Shown piece by piece: positions 45,891 through 55,556 of a stretch of 64,000 nucleotides of DNA; the first letter of the stretch is position 1; every line of letters starts with the position of its first letter. The notes under the pieces are model-generated. The model searched no databases, was not told where the DNA came from, and saw only the letters and a list, made by a program, of their open reading frames with translations. The stretch lies in assembly GCA_965215195.1 (NCBI GenBank), contig CBDCDC010000002.1, positions 3,648,001-3,712,000 on the forward strand, in the 5' to 3' direction. The position numbers and the translations under genes are program-made. Source of the DNA: Candidatus Latescibacterota bacterium (lineage in GTDB: Bacteria > Latescibacterota > UBA2968 > UBA8231).

Positions 45891-47431
45891 GAGCACGTGC
45901 GTGGTTCCTTGCCTTAATGGCTCTCGTCGGGTGCGAAAGCCAACGCCCTGCTGCGGACGCGCCGCCCACAGCGGACGAGTTGGGGCGGTTGCGGCTAACG
46001 CATGAAAAGCGACTGCGCGAACGCCCCGGCGATCTCGAGACCCGGGTGTTGCTTGCCCGCGTACTGCTCGACTTGGGTCACCTCGATCAATCAATGGATC
46101 AGTTCCAAATGGTTCTTCGCTCGGATAGTCTGCACGTGGGGGCCCTGATGGGTCTCAGCGAGGTTCTAGCTCGGATCCGCGATCACGCGATGGCTCTCTC
46201 CTTGGCGAAGCGGGCTGTCGCGGCCAAGCGCAATGCGGAGACTTTGGAGAGGCTAGCGGTGGCGTGGCTGGAGGTCGGACAGCTCGCGAACGCCCAGTTT
46301 GCGCTCGCCGAAGCGATCGCGCTGGATCCGGCCCGCCCGACGCTTCACAAGTTGATGGGGGTGCTACTGGCCGCTCAAGGTGATGTAGCGGCAGCGCAGA
46401 CTTCGCTGGAGCGAGCGGTGGAACTGGATCCCACATCGCACGAGGCCAGCTTCGCATTGGGCGTTCTCCAGTGCGAGCGCCTACGTAGCTGTGCGGAAGG
46501 TTTGCACCTCCTCCAGCGAGCCATCGCCTTGGCACCGGACAGCGTCCGATACGAGGTAGCGGCAGGCCGCGCCCTCCTGCAGGTAGGACGGACCCGCGAG
46601 GCCCTACAGGCATTCTCCACAGCGGTCGATCTCGACCCCTCTTCGGTGGAGGCGCACGTCGGTCTGGGCGTGTCCCGAGCCAAGCTAAAAATGTACGTCG
46701 AAGCGGCCACCGCTCTTGAGAGGGCACTCGAACTCGACCCGGTGCATCCCGATGTCCGTCTTCAGTTGGCTTCCGCGTACCGCCATCTGGGTCGTACCCG
46801 GGACGCCGAAGAGCAGGACGCCGCCCATCGGAGAATCGAACCGCACGTGGCTAAAATCGAAAGCCTGCGTGCGCTGGCCCAGCGAGGCCGCAATCCCAAT
46901 GCACACTTCGACCTCGCTCGTCTCTACGCCCGCCTCGGTCACGACGCGGGAACCGTAAAACACCTGCGCGACGGCTTGTCCCTCCAGCCGGACAACGCCC
47001 GAGCTTGGCAGAACCTCGGCAATGCCCACGTCCGCTTGGGTCGTCCCGGCGAGGCGATCTCGGCGTACCGCCAAGCCCTGAACCTCGAGCCGGACTATGG
47101 CTTGGCGTGGTACAACTTAGGTACGGCCTACGCTACCAGAGGCTACATCAACCTAAGTCGCGAGGCGTACGAACGGGCTTTGGAGTTGTCCGAGCATTCG
47201 GCGGATGTTTTCATCGCGCTGGGGAACCTCGAATTGCAACAAGGCGATGCCCATGCAGCGGCCGAGCGCTACGAACAGGCGCTGGCCCAAGATCCCGATC
47301 TGCCATCGGCACAGCGGGGTCTCGTGCTCGCGTACCGGCAGGCCGGTGACTGGGCAGCGGCAGCTCAAGCCATCGCAACATTCAGGAACAAGGCGTCTCC
47401 GCCCTCTCCGCCACCGATGAAGGGCCCCTAG
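45887..47431 (+). CDS. TPR-repeat lipoprotein
   Basis: GTGA-coupled start; lipobox LVGC; many TPRs. Confidence 0.88.
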   Translation: MRARAWFLALMALVGCESQRPAADAPPTADELGRLRLTHEKRLRERPGDLETRVLLARVLLDLGHLDQSMDQFQMVLRSDSLHVGALMGLSEVLARIRDHAMALSLAKRAVAAKRNAETLERLAVAWLEVGQLANAQFALAEAIALDPARPTLHKLMGVLLAAQGDVAAAQTSLERAVELDPTSHEASFALGVLQCERLRSCAEGLHLLQRAIALAPDSVRYEVAAGRALLQVGRTREALQAFSTAVDLDPSSVEAHVGLGVSRAKLKMYVEAATALERALELDPVHPDVRLQLASAYRHLGRTRDAEEQDAAHRRIEPHVAKIESLRALAQRGRNPNAHFDLARLYARLGHDAGTVKHLRDGLSLQPDNARAWQNLGNAHVRLGRPGEAISAYRQALNLEPDYGLAWYNLGTAYATRGYINLSREAYERALELSEHSADVFIALGNLELQQGDAHAAAERYEQALAQDPDLPSAQRGLVLAYRQAGDWAAAAQAIATFRNKASPPSPPPMKGP

Positions 47432-47436
47432 ATCAA

Positions 47437-48798
47437 ATGATGACTCAACCCCGCATCCTTCCCCTCCTAGTCCCCCTGATTCTGGTGCTGTCGGCGAGTT
47501 CCTCAGGCGCAGCCACATCGCTTGTCGTCGACTACGTCGCCATCCCTCAGATCGACTACGAACCGGCGATCTACTACGATGATGGAGACCCCCTGCCGCA
47601 TCTGGCTTTCGAGCGCATCGACTGGACGCGCATCGTCGCCAAGCGGCACAGACGCGTGGTATTAGAGTCCAACTATGTGCGCGTGGAGGTGCTGCCGGAG
47701 ATGGGACGGGTGTACTCCCTTATCGACAAGCGGACCGGGCACGACGCGCTGTGGAAGAACGACATCGTGCGCCCCGGCGGGGCGAACAACCCCACTGGCT
47801 GGTGGCTCTGGATCGGCGGGATCGAGTATACGCTTCCAGGCTACGAGCACGGCACGACCTTCGCGCTGCCTTGGACGTGGAAAATTTTGGAAGATTGCCC
47901 AGAACGGGTATCTATGTCGATGGCAACCACGGAGCCGCTGACGGGCCTGACCCAGAGAATCAGGCTGACGGTCCATCAAGGCTCGGCCGCGATGGAGGCC
48001 CAGATCCGCCTCCACAATCCAGGAGCCGATACCGTTCAGTTCGCCCACTGGATCAATCCCATGTGGGCCCCTGGAGGCGAGAACGAGCTGACCGACAACA
48101 CCGAGTTCATCATCCCCACCGCGCGCATCCTGATCGCTGACCGCTGGCAGAAAAACCTAGGACCGAGTCCACAGGTCTGGAGCGCGAGCCCGCTGCGCTA
48201 CCTCCGCGGGTGGAAGGCCGGGGATATCATGGCCGACGGATTGACGGCCGGCTATTACAGCGCCTACTCCCACGACGCCGAAGAGGGCGTGGTCCGAGTC
48301 TTCGATCCCGTCCTCAACCCCGGTGTCGACGTATGGACCTACGGCTTCCATCCGACGGGGATTCCCATGGGATCTGGCCAGCCCAACAAGGGCTATGTCG
48401 AGATGTGGGGTGGCACGTCGGTGCTTTTTCCCGATGAGACACGGCCCCTCCCACCCGGAGGCTCGCTTGCGTGGACAGAGTGGATGTATAGCTACCGGGA
48501 AACGAAGGGGATGAGTGCGGCATCGCAGATCGGCGCGATTCGCGGCAGCCTAGACGACGGGTTGCTGGACATCGCCCTTTCGCCCGCTCTCGAGGTGCCC
48601 AATGTCGCCATCGAAGTGTCGGTGGGTGGTGAAGTGACCGTTCGAGACTCGGCCTCGCTGACTCCGGCGAGGGTCCTGCACCGCTCCTACCCGATTGAGG
48701 CCGCGGAACCACCGGACGATCTCGCCGTCGAGGTGCGACAAGGGGCCCTTCAGCTCCTGTGGTTTCCGATTACAGGGGAGAATCGGCGTCTCAAATAA
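47437..48798 (+). CDS. Secreted DUF5107-like (galactose mutarotase-like fold) protein
   Basis: VLE.NY..V.VLPE.GRVYS..DK.TG...L..N..V.P.......W..GGIEY....HG; YVEMWGG. Confidence 0.7.
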   Translation: MMTQPRILPLLVPLILVLSASSSGAATSLVVDYVAIPQIDYEPAIYYDDGDPLPHLAFERIDWTRIVAKRHRRVVLESNYVRVEVLPEMGRVYSLIDKRTGHDALWKNDIVRPGGANNPTGWWLWIGGIEYTLPGYEHGTTFALPWTWKILEDCPERVSMSMATTEPLTGLTQRIRLTVHQGSAAMEAQIRLHNPGADTVQFAHWINPMWAPGGENELTDNTEFIIPTARILIADRWQKNLGPSPQVWSASPLRYLRGWKAGDIMADGLTAGYYSAYSHDAEEGVVRVFDPVLNPGVDVWTYGFHPTGIPMGSGQPNKGYVEMWGGTSVLFPDETRPLPPGGSLAWTEWMYSYRETKGMSAASQIGAIRGSLDDGLLDIALSPALEVPNVAIEVSVGGEVTVRDSASLTPARVLHRSYPIEAAEPPDDLAVEVRQGALQLLWFPITGENRRLK

Positions 48799-48912
48799 CT
48801 TTTTTACAACGACCTGCCCCCTTCTCTTACTGTCTGATCACTGACTCGGCGGCGGCCCTTTGTTATCTACCCCTTGCGATGGAAGCGATGTTTGCACTCA
48901 GGGGTCATTTTC

Positions 48913-48928
48913 CTTACTTTCAAGTAAG
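48913..48928. promoter_or_regulatory. Palindromic operator of the AbrB-type TA operon
   Basis: CTTACTT-TC-AAGTAAG perfect IR 30 bp upstream of the antitoxin. Confidence 0.6.
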
Positions 48929-48957
48929 AAATAAACATTCAACAAGAGGATCATAGC

Positions 48958-49212
48958 ATGGCAACAGCAACGCTGACAAGCAAGGGGCAAGTCACAATTC
49001 CCAAAACCGTTCGCGAGGCTCTTCAACTCCGTGAAGGCGATAAAGTCGATTTTATGCTTACGGAAAATGGTGAAGCGCTCCTAACACCTATAGTTAAAAA
49101 AATAAAAGTAGATGAAATTTTCGGGAAGTTATATAAATCTAGCCGAAAGCCTGTTTCGGTTCCCCAAATGAAGTCTGAAATTAAGCAAAAAATGAAGGCA
49201 CGTTTTAAGTGA
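48958..49212 (+). CDS. AbrB/MazE/SpoVT-family antitoxin
   Basis: ATLTSKGQVTIPK.VRE.L.L..GD; AT-rich. Confidence 0.92.
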   Translation: MATATLTSKGQVTIPKTVREALQLREGDKVDFMLTENGEALLTPIVKKIKVDEIFGKLYKSSRKPVSVPQMKSEIKQKMKARFK

Positions 49213-49607
49213 AAGCATTAGACACAAATGTGCTTGTTCGCTTTCTCGTACGGGATGACAAAAAACAAGCAGAAATTGTGTACAGGCTTTTTAAGCGAGC
49301 AGAAGGCAAAAACGACTCCTTTTTTGTTCCTTTGCTCGTCGTGCTCGAAACCATCTGGGTATTGGAATCTGCATATGAAATTCCACGAGAAGAAATCCGC
49401 ACGTCTCTTCAGGAACTTCTTCTCATGCCTATTTTGATATTTGAGGCCCAATCTGCTCTGCAAAGTACTCTCTCATCTGCTCAGACAAACAAAATAGATC
49501 TTGCGGATTTGTTAATTGCACACTCAGCAAAATTTTCAAATTGTGATAGTGTTCTCACTTTTGATAAAAAAGCATCTAAATTCACGCTGTTTGAGCAGTT
49601 AAGGTAG
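49209..49607 (+). CDS. vapC: VapC PIN-domain toxin
   Basis: LDTNVLVRFL..DD..Q, VLET.WVL, DLADLLI, TFD; GTGA overlap. Confidence 0.9.
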   Translation: MKALDTNVLVRFLVRDDKKQAEIVYRLFKRAEGKNDSFFVPLLVVLETIWVLESAYEIPREEIRTSLQELLLMPILIFEAQSALQSTLSSAQTNKIDLADLLIAHSAKFSNCDSVLTFDKKASKFTLFEQLR

Positions 49608-49707
49608 TCCACATATTATGGTGTCCGACAGCGCGAGGATGGATATATACACGCCGCTGTCGAAATGCTGCCACCCAACCCTTTAATCATGCGGAGAACC
49701 TCACCTC

Positions 49708-50535
49708 ATGTACAATCTCAACGGCAAGGTCGCCCTCGTCACCGGCGCGGGCGGCGAACGCGGCATTGGCCGCGCCATCTGCCAGCGCCTCGCACGCGAA
49801 GGCTGCGACCTCGTGGTCAATGACTTGCGCGCCCAGCCTTATAGCGCGTCTAGCTGGGGCGGCCTGCCCGCCCTCGTCGCCGAAGTCGAAGCGGCCGGGC
49901 GGCAGGCCCTCGCGGTGGAGGCCGACGTGTCCAACGCCGCCCAAGTCGAGGGCATGGTACAAGACGCGCTCGCCCGCTTTGGCCGCATCGACCTGCTGGT
50001 CAACAACGCCGGCTCGCGCCCCGGGCCAGACCGCGTCCCAGTCGTCGATCTAAGCGAAGCCGCCTGGGACCAAGTGCAAAGCGTCAACGTCAAGGGCACC
50101 TTTCTCTGCTCGCGCGCCGTGGCCCGGCACCTGATCGACCGCGGCGACGGCGGCAAGATCATCAACATGTCCTCTACGGCCGGCCGCCAAGGATTGCCGC
50201 GCTACGCCGCGTACTGCGCGTCCAAATTCGCCATCATCGGCCTTACCCAATCCCTCGCCGGCGAGCTCGCCCCCCACCGGATCAACGTCAACGCCGTCTG
50301 CCCGGGCAATACCCTCACCGAGCGCACCCACTACATCGCTGCGGGCCTCGCCGAGCGCGACGAGCCAGACGCCCACACCACGGCCGCCCTAGTCCACGAC
50401 CTCGAAGCGCAAACGCCCTTGGGCCGCGTGGGCACGCCCGAGGACGTGGCCCGCGCCGTGGCCTTTCTCGCCTCGGACGAAGCCGAGTACCTCACGGGCG
50501 TGTCGCTGTTGGTGGCTGGCGGCTTTCAGATGTGA
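49708..50535 (+). CDS. SDR family NAD(P)-dependent oxidoreductase
   Basis: TGAGGERGIG, NNAG, YCASK, VNAVCPG. Confidence 0.94.
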   Translation: MYNLNGKVALVTGAGGERGIGRAICQRLAREGCDLVVNDLRAQPYSASSWGGLPALVAEVEAAGRQALAVEADVSNAAQVEGMVQDALARFGRIDLLVNNAGSRPGPDRVPVVDLSEAAWDQVQSVNVKGTFLCSRAVARHLIDRGDGGKIINMSSTAGRQGLPRYAAYCASKFAIIGLTQSLAGELAPHRINVNAVCPGNTLTERTHYIAAGLAERDEPDAHTTAALVHDLEAQTPLGRVGTPEDVARAVAFLASDEAEYLTGVSLLVAGGFQM

Positions 50536-50547
50536 AATCGGGCTCGT

Positions 50548-51426
50548 TTACTCCTTGACACTGCCTAGCATAATCCCGCGCACGAAGTACTTCTGCACGA
50601 ATGGATAGACCAAAAGCATCGGCAGGATGGTGACGACCACGGTCGCCGCCTTGATCGTCTCGGGCGTGAACTCAGTGATGTTTGGATCAACCAATCCCTG
50701 CTCGATCAACTCGACGCTGTTTTCGATGACGATCCGCTGTAAAAAGGTCTGCAACACCTGATTTTCGTCCGACGCGATATAGAGCATGGCGTCGAACCAG
50801 TGGTTCCAGTGCGCCACCGCCGTCCACAACCCAATCGTCGCCAGCACGGGCTTGGAGAGAGGCACGTATATTCTAAAGAGGATATTGAACTCGCTGGCCC
50901 CGTCGATCTTGGCGGACTCGGCCAGACTTTCGGGAATGGCTTGAAAGAAATTCTTGACCACGATGATGTTAAACGCCGTCAGCATCTGCGGCAGCACCAG
51001 CGCCCAGATTGAGTCAATCAGACCGAGGTTCTTGACCAGCAGGTAGTTGGGCACAATGCCACCGCTAAAGAGCATGGTGAAGAGCACCAAGAACAGCAGC
51101 GGGCTGCGGTGCGGCATTTCGCGCCGCGCCAGCGGATAGGCCGTCAGGCAAGTAAAAAAGAGGGTCAGGGCCGTGCCCAAGGCCGTGCGCAGGATCGAGT
51201 TGGTGAACCCGGTGACGATCTCGGGATTGGACAGCACCATGCGGTACGAGGTCAGGGAAACGTCCCGCGGGTAGAGGTGCAAGCTGGCGCGCATGGCCTC
51301 GGCCGCGCTGCTCAACGACATCGAAATAGTGTACGCGAACGGATAGAGCGCCATCAGCCCGACTAAGCCCAACAGCGTCAGGTTAAAGACGTTGAACACC
51401 TTCTCGCCTCGCGTGCGGCTTACCAT
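50548..51426 (-). CDS. Carbohydrate ABC permease (LplC/YtcP-like)
   Basis: FSGGIVPNY, ESAKIDGA, YPFVQKYFV.GIMLGSVKE. Confidence 0.92.
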   Translation of the reverse strand: MVSRTRGEKVFNVFNLTLLGLVGLMALYPFAYTISMSLSSAAEAMRASLHLYPRDVSLTSYRMVLSNPEIVTGFTNSILRTALGTALTLFFTCLTAYPLARREMPHRSPLLFLVLFTMLFSGGIVPNYLLVKNLGLIDSIWALVLPQMLTAFNIIVVKNFFQAIPESLAESAKIDGASEFNILFRIYVPLSKPVLATIGLWTAVAHWNHWFDAMLYIASDENQVLQTFLQRIVIENSVELIEQGLVDPNITEFTPETIKAATVVVTILPMLLVYPFVQKYFVRGIMLGSVKE

Positions 51427-52325
51427 ATTCCCTGCTCCCCTCGGCTGAGCCGCCGGGCCAGCGAGTTGGCCAACACCACCATCAACAAGCCGACCACGGC
51501 CTTAAAAAGCCCGGCCCCGGTCGCCAGCCCAAAGTCCATCAGCACGATCCGCCGCAAAACGTAGGTGTCGATGATGTCGGCCGCGTCGTACACCATGGGA
51601 TTGTACATGTTGTAAATCTGGTCGAAACCAGCATTGAGCACATGGCCGAGATTGAGGATGAAAAGCGTGATAATCGTCGGCACCAGCCCCGGGATCGTAA
51701 CGTGCAAGGTCTGCTTCCAGCGCCCGGCCCCATCAACGACAGCCGCCTCGTACAGGTCGGGAGAAATCCCGGCTAGTGCCGCCAAGTAGATCACCGCCCC
51801 ATAGCCGGCCGCCTGCCAGATCCCGGTGGCGATGACCACCGCGATAAACCAGAAATCGTCGGTGAGGAACTCAATGGCCGAAACGCCGAAGATCTGGGCG
51901 AGCTGATTGGCCGGCCCGTTCTGCGAGAAAATCATTAGGAAGATGCCGCCTAGGATGACCCACGAGAGGAAATAGGGGATATAGGTCACCGTCTGCACGG
52001 TGCGCTTGTACCAAGAGACGCGGATCTCGTTGAGCATCAGCGCCAGCGCGATCGGCGCGAAGAAGCCGAACAGCAAGCGCAAGAAACTGATGGTGATCGT
52101 ATTGCGCAGGGCATTGGGAAAGTCGGCCCCGCCAAAGAGGCGGGAGAAATTCTCCAACCCGCTCCACTCGCTGCCTAAGATGCCGGCACTCAGGCGAAAT
52201 TCCTTAAAGGCGAGCACCAGCCCGAACATGGGCAGGTAATTGAAGACGAGGAAAAAGGCCAGCCCCGGGGCCACCAGTAGCAACAGCCCCTTGTGCTTGC
52301 GGTACTGCGTCAGTACTTCGCTCAT
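51420..52325 (-). CDS. Carbohydrate ABC permease (LplB/YteP-like)
   Basis: YLPMFG..LAFK, PYFLSWV, LYEAAVVDGA, DIIDTYV; start MSEV after a GAGG RBS. Confidence 0.92.
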   Translation of the reverse strand: MSEVLTQYRKHKGLLLLVAPGLAFFLVFNYLPMFGLVLAFKEFRLSAGILGSEWSGLENFSRLFGGADFPNALRNTITISFLRLLFGFFAPIALALMLNEIRVSWYKRTVQTVTYIPYFLSWVILGGIFLMIFSQNGPANQLAQIFGVSAIEFLTDDFWFIAVVIATGIWQAAGYGAVIYLAALAGISPDLYEAAVVDGAGRWKQTLHVTIPGLVPTIITLFILNLGHVLNAGFDQIYNMYNPMVYDAADIIDTYVLRRIVLMDFGLATGAGLFKAVVGLLMVVLANSLARRLSRGEQGIW

Positions 52326-52554
52326 GGTATCCTCATTGACCAAACAGGGCTTGACATCCTAGGCACCTTTTTTAGGGAACCAAGGCAAACGAACGGTTGG
52401 CTCTTTTTGGCGTCGCCAATGTGGACAACCGCACCGGCGACACCAGCGTATGGGTAGCGTATGTCTTGGTTCATATGTAAACTCTTTGGTGCCCACCTAG
52501 TTAGAAAGGTCGGCACTTTCGCATATAATCCCCTTTCTTTACTTCACCTGCGCC

Positions 52555-53427
52555 ATGCAAAACTCAACCGCCTCAGCCTTGCTCTGCGGCCCAGCCGCGC
52601 TCCTCTACCTAGTCTTTTTCGCACTGCCGACCCTGCTCGGGTTTGCCTACGGCCTGACCGACTGGTCTGGCTGGACCAAAGACCCGCGCTTTATCGGCTT
52701 GGACAACTTCCGCGAGTTGCTCGACGACGACCGCTTCTTTGCCGCTTTGCGCTTCACGCTCTTTGAAACGGCCATGATCGTGGTTGGCTACACCGCGCTG
52801 TCGCTAATTTTAGCCGTGCTGCTAGACCGCATGCAGGTCATGCGCGGCCTAGTGCGCGGGCTGTTTTTCTACCCGTTTATCCTCAGCATTCTCGTCAGCG
52901 CCCTGCTCTTCCAGTATCTGGCCAACTACCGCACCGGCGCCATAAACACCTTGCTGCGCACCTTTGGCTTCGACGCGCTGGCCCAAGACTGGATGGGCGA
53001 CCCGGCGCTGGTGCCCTACTTCATCCTCGCCTTGGTCCTCTGGCACGGCCTCGGCTTCTACACGACCATCTTCCTCGCCGGGCTACAGACCATCCCCAAC
53101 GAACTCTACGAGGCCGCGCAGATCGACGGGGCCGGACCTGTGGCGACCTTCTACCGCGTCCAAGTCCCGGTGCTCATGCCGATGATTAAGACCAACTCGG
53201 TCATTGCCCTAATCACCGGCATCAACCTCTTCCCGCAGATTTTGGTCACCACCCAAGGCGGCCCTGGCTACCGCACGTTTACGGCTGGCTACTACATCTA
53301 CTGGCTCGGCACGGAAAACGACCGCCAGGGCTATGCTTCGGCCATCGCCTTCGTCGTCTTCGCCTTCTTGGTCTTGGTCGCCGCCCTGCAAGTCGCCTTT
53401 TTCCAGCGCCGCGAGACCGACCTGTGA
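52555..53427 (+). CDS. Sugar ABC permease (MalF-like)
   Basis: FIGLDNF, LYEAAQIDGA, TQGGPG, GYASAIA. Confidence 0.92.
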   Translation: MQNSTASALLCGPAALLYLVFFALPTLLGFAYGLTDWSGWTKDPRFIGLDNFRELLDDDRFFAALRFTLFETAMIVVGYTALSLILAVLLDRMQVMRGLVRGLFFYPFILSILVSALLFQYLANYRTGAINTLLRTFGFDALAQDWMGDPALVPYFILALVLWHGLGFYTTIFLAGLQTIPNELYEAAQIDGAGPVATFYRVQVPVLMPMIKTNSVIALITGINLFPQILVTTQGGPGYRTFTAGYYIYWLGTENDRQGYASAIAFVVFAFLVLVAALQVAFFQRRETDL

Positions 53428-54242
53428 AGCGCCGCCGGCCCCTCTTTGAGATCGGGATGCTGCTCTTAGGGCTGCTCTACGTGTCGCCCTGTTTGCTGGC
53501 GCTGCTCAATTCCTTCAAGACCTTGCCGGAAATCGTCCGCTCGCCCGTGGCACTGCCCGCGGCACCGACCCTCGAAAACTACCACTACATCTTCACCGGC
53601 ATCAACCTCGCCGCGCCGATGTTCAACAGCCTGCTGATGTGCGTTGCGGTCATTGCCACGCTCATCGTCGTCTCCTCCATGGCCGCGTACTCCCTCACGC
53701 GCCGCCGCATGCGCACGGGCAGCTTCTGGCGCATCTTCTTCCTAGCCGGGCTCACCGTGCCGTTCCAGATTCTCATGTTGCCGCTTTTGCGCCAGTTCAA
53801 CTACCTCGGCATCGGCTACACGTACTTTGCCCTCTGGCTGCACTACGTGTCCTACGGCCTGCCATTGTGCCTGTTCATTTACAGCGGCTTTATGCGCTCC
53901 ATCCCCCGCGACCTCGAAGAAGCCGCCCTGATCGATGGCTGTACGCCCTTGGGCACCTTCTGGCGCGTGATTTTCCCACTGCTAACTCCCTGCACGGTGA
54001 CGATCATCATCTTTTGGGGCCTCTTCACTTGGAACGACTTCCCGCACGCCTTCATCCTCATGGGCACCAACAAGGGCGAACTGGCCTTTGTGCAGCTATG
54101 GCGCTTTCTCTCGGACAAGTACGTCAAGAACTGGAACTACATCTTCGCCGGCGTCGTGGTCTTGTCGCTACCCGTCACCATACTCTATCTTGCCATGCAG
54201 CGCCGCTTCGTCAAAGGACTGACCGCTGGTTCCACACGCTGA
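53424..54242 (+). CDS. Sugar ABC permease (MalG-like)
   Basis: NSFKT, LEEAALIDG, WNDF, QRRFVKGL.AG. Confidence 0.92.
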   Translation: MKRRRPLFEIGMLLLGLLYVSPCLLALLNSFKTLPEIVRSPVALPAAPTLENYHYIFTGINLAAPMFNSLLMCVAVIATLIVVSSMAAYSLTRRRMRTGSFWRIFFLAGLTVPFQILMLPLLRQFNYLGIGYTYFALWLHYVSYGLPLCLFIYSGFMRSIPRDLEEAALIDGCTPLGTFWRVIFPLLTPCTVTIIIFWGLFTWNDFPHAFILMGTNKGELAFVQLWRFLSDKYVKNWNYIFAGVVVLSLPVTILYLAMQRRFVKGLTAGSTR

Positions 54243-54254
54243 GGACTCCGCCCC

Positions 54255-55556
54255 ATGCCCCTCGCCAAACTCGCAACTTTTGCCCTTGCCGCCCTCCTCG
54301 CTTTTGGGGCCTGCGCTGGCCAAGAAGACGCCCGCGTCGTGCGCGTCACCCGCAATATCGGCGGCCGACCCGGCTTCCAAGTCCACTGGGACATCTGGAA
54401 GGCCACCTTTGAGCGCCAAAACCCCGGCTGGACCCTCGAGCTGATCGACTTGGGCAACGAGGACGCCGGCGCGTACTACCGCCGCGCCATTGCCACCGGC
54501 GACCTGCCCCACGTGGTAATGACCCTCGACTACACCAAATTCTTGGCCAACGGCGGCCACCTGCTCCCCATTCCCCGCGCGCTCTACGACCGAGTAGGGC
54601 AAAACTTGCCGCCGTTGCACAACAGCCAGTACTACACGGCTCAAGTAGGCCGCCAGATCACCGGCATCGCCGTCAACAAGCGCATCTGGACCGAGGCCGG
54701 CATTGCCGAGCCGCCGCAGACTTGGGACGCCTTTATCGCCGCCTTGCACGAGATAAAAGCCGCCGGGTACAAGCCGCTCGTCTATGGGGGCCGCGAGTGG
54801 TCGGCCGGGGTGCCCCTCTCCTACGCGATCCAGACCAACCTCTACGACCCGACCCGCCCAGCCGACGCGCCCTCCTGGACCGTGCGCCGCGACCGCGGCG
54901 AGATCGCCTTTGCCACGGACCCGCTGATGCGCACCATCATGGCAAACATGATCGCGCTTCTCGACAACTTCGTGGAGAAAGGCTCGCTGAGCGACGGGTA
55001 CAACGAGGAGCAGCGCGACTTCTTCAACGAGCACGCCGCCACTTGGATGATGGGCTGCTGGATGAGCGGCGATGTTGAGCCGCTACAGGTCGACTTTGAA
55101 ATCGAGTACTGGCCCATTCCCTCCATGACCGGCCACCAGCCCCTCTTCATCAACACCTCCAACCAGCAGCGCGGGTGGGCCATGACCTCCAGCGCCCAAG
55201 GCCCGTACTACGACAAAGCCCTCGCCGTGCTCCATGCGTACTACCACCCGGAGGTCTATCAGGCGTACCTCAACGCCGAGGGCATGCTGCTCAACGCCAC
55301 TCAAATCAAAGGCGTCAATGGCCCGAAAAGCACCCATGGGCCGACCCAGCGCCTCTTTGAGCGCATGCACACCAATCTCGACCACTGGGGCTGGACGCCC
55401 GGCTACTTCATCTCCATTGAGGACTATCCCCCCACCGGCTTCGTCCTCACCTTGGCCCGCATCATGCAGGAAATCCAAGCCGGCAACCGCGACGTGGACG
55501 CGCTGCTCAAAATGCTCGACGACGACTGGGAGGCCGGGCGCAAGGGCAACAAGTGA
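54255..55556 (+). CDS. Extracellular sugar-binding protein (lipoprotein)
   Basis: Signal peptide with a Cys, FE..NPG, IA.GDLP, PQTWD.F, F....A..WMMG.W. Confidence 0.85.
   Translation: MPLAKLATFALAALLAFGACAGQEDARVVRVTRNIGGRPGFQVHWDIWKATFERQNPGWTLELIDLGNEDAGAYYRRAIATGDLPHVVMTLDYTKFLANGGHLLPIPRALYDRVGQNLPPLHNSQYYTAQVGRQITGIAVNKRIWTEAGIAEPPQTWDAFIAALHEIKAAGYKPLVYGGREWSAGVPLSYAIQTNLYDPTRPADAPSWTVRRDRGEIAFATDPLMRTIMANMIALLDNFVEKGSLSDGYNEEQRDFFNEHAATWMMGCWMSGDVEPLQVDFEIEYWPIPSMTGHQPLFINTSNQQRGWAMTSSAQGPYYDKALAVLHAYYHPEVYQAYLNAEGMLLNATQIKGVNGPKSTHGPTQRLFERMHTNLDHWGWTPGYFISIEDYPPTGFVLTLARIMQEIQAGNRDVDALLKMLDDDWEAGRKGNK

Noticed and set aside
30227-48798. Locus as a horizontally acquired island
   Set aside because: No integrase, tRNA or flanking repeats were seen, and a compositional shift cannot be established by eye.
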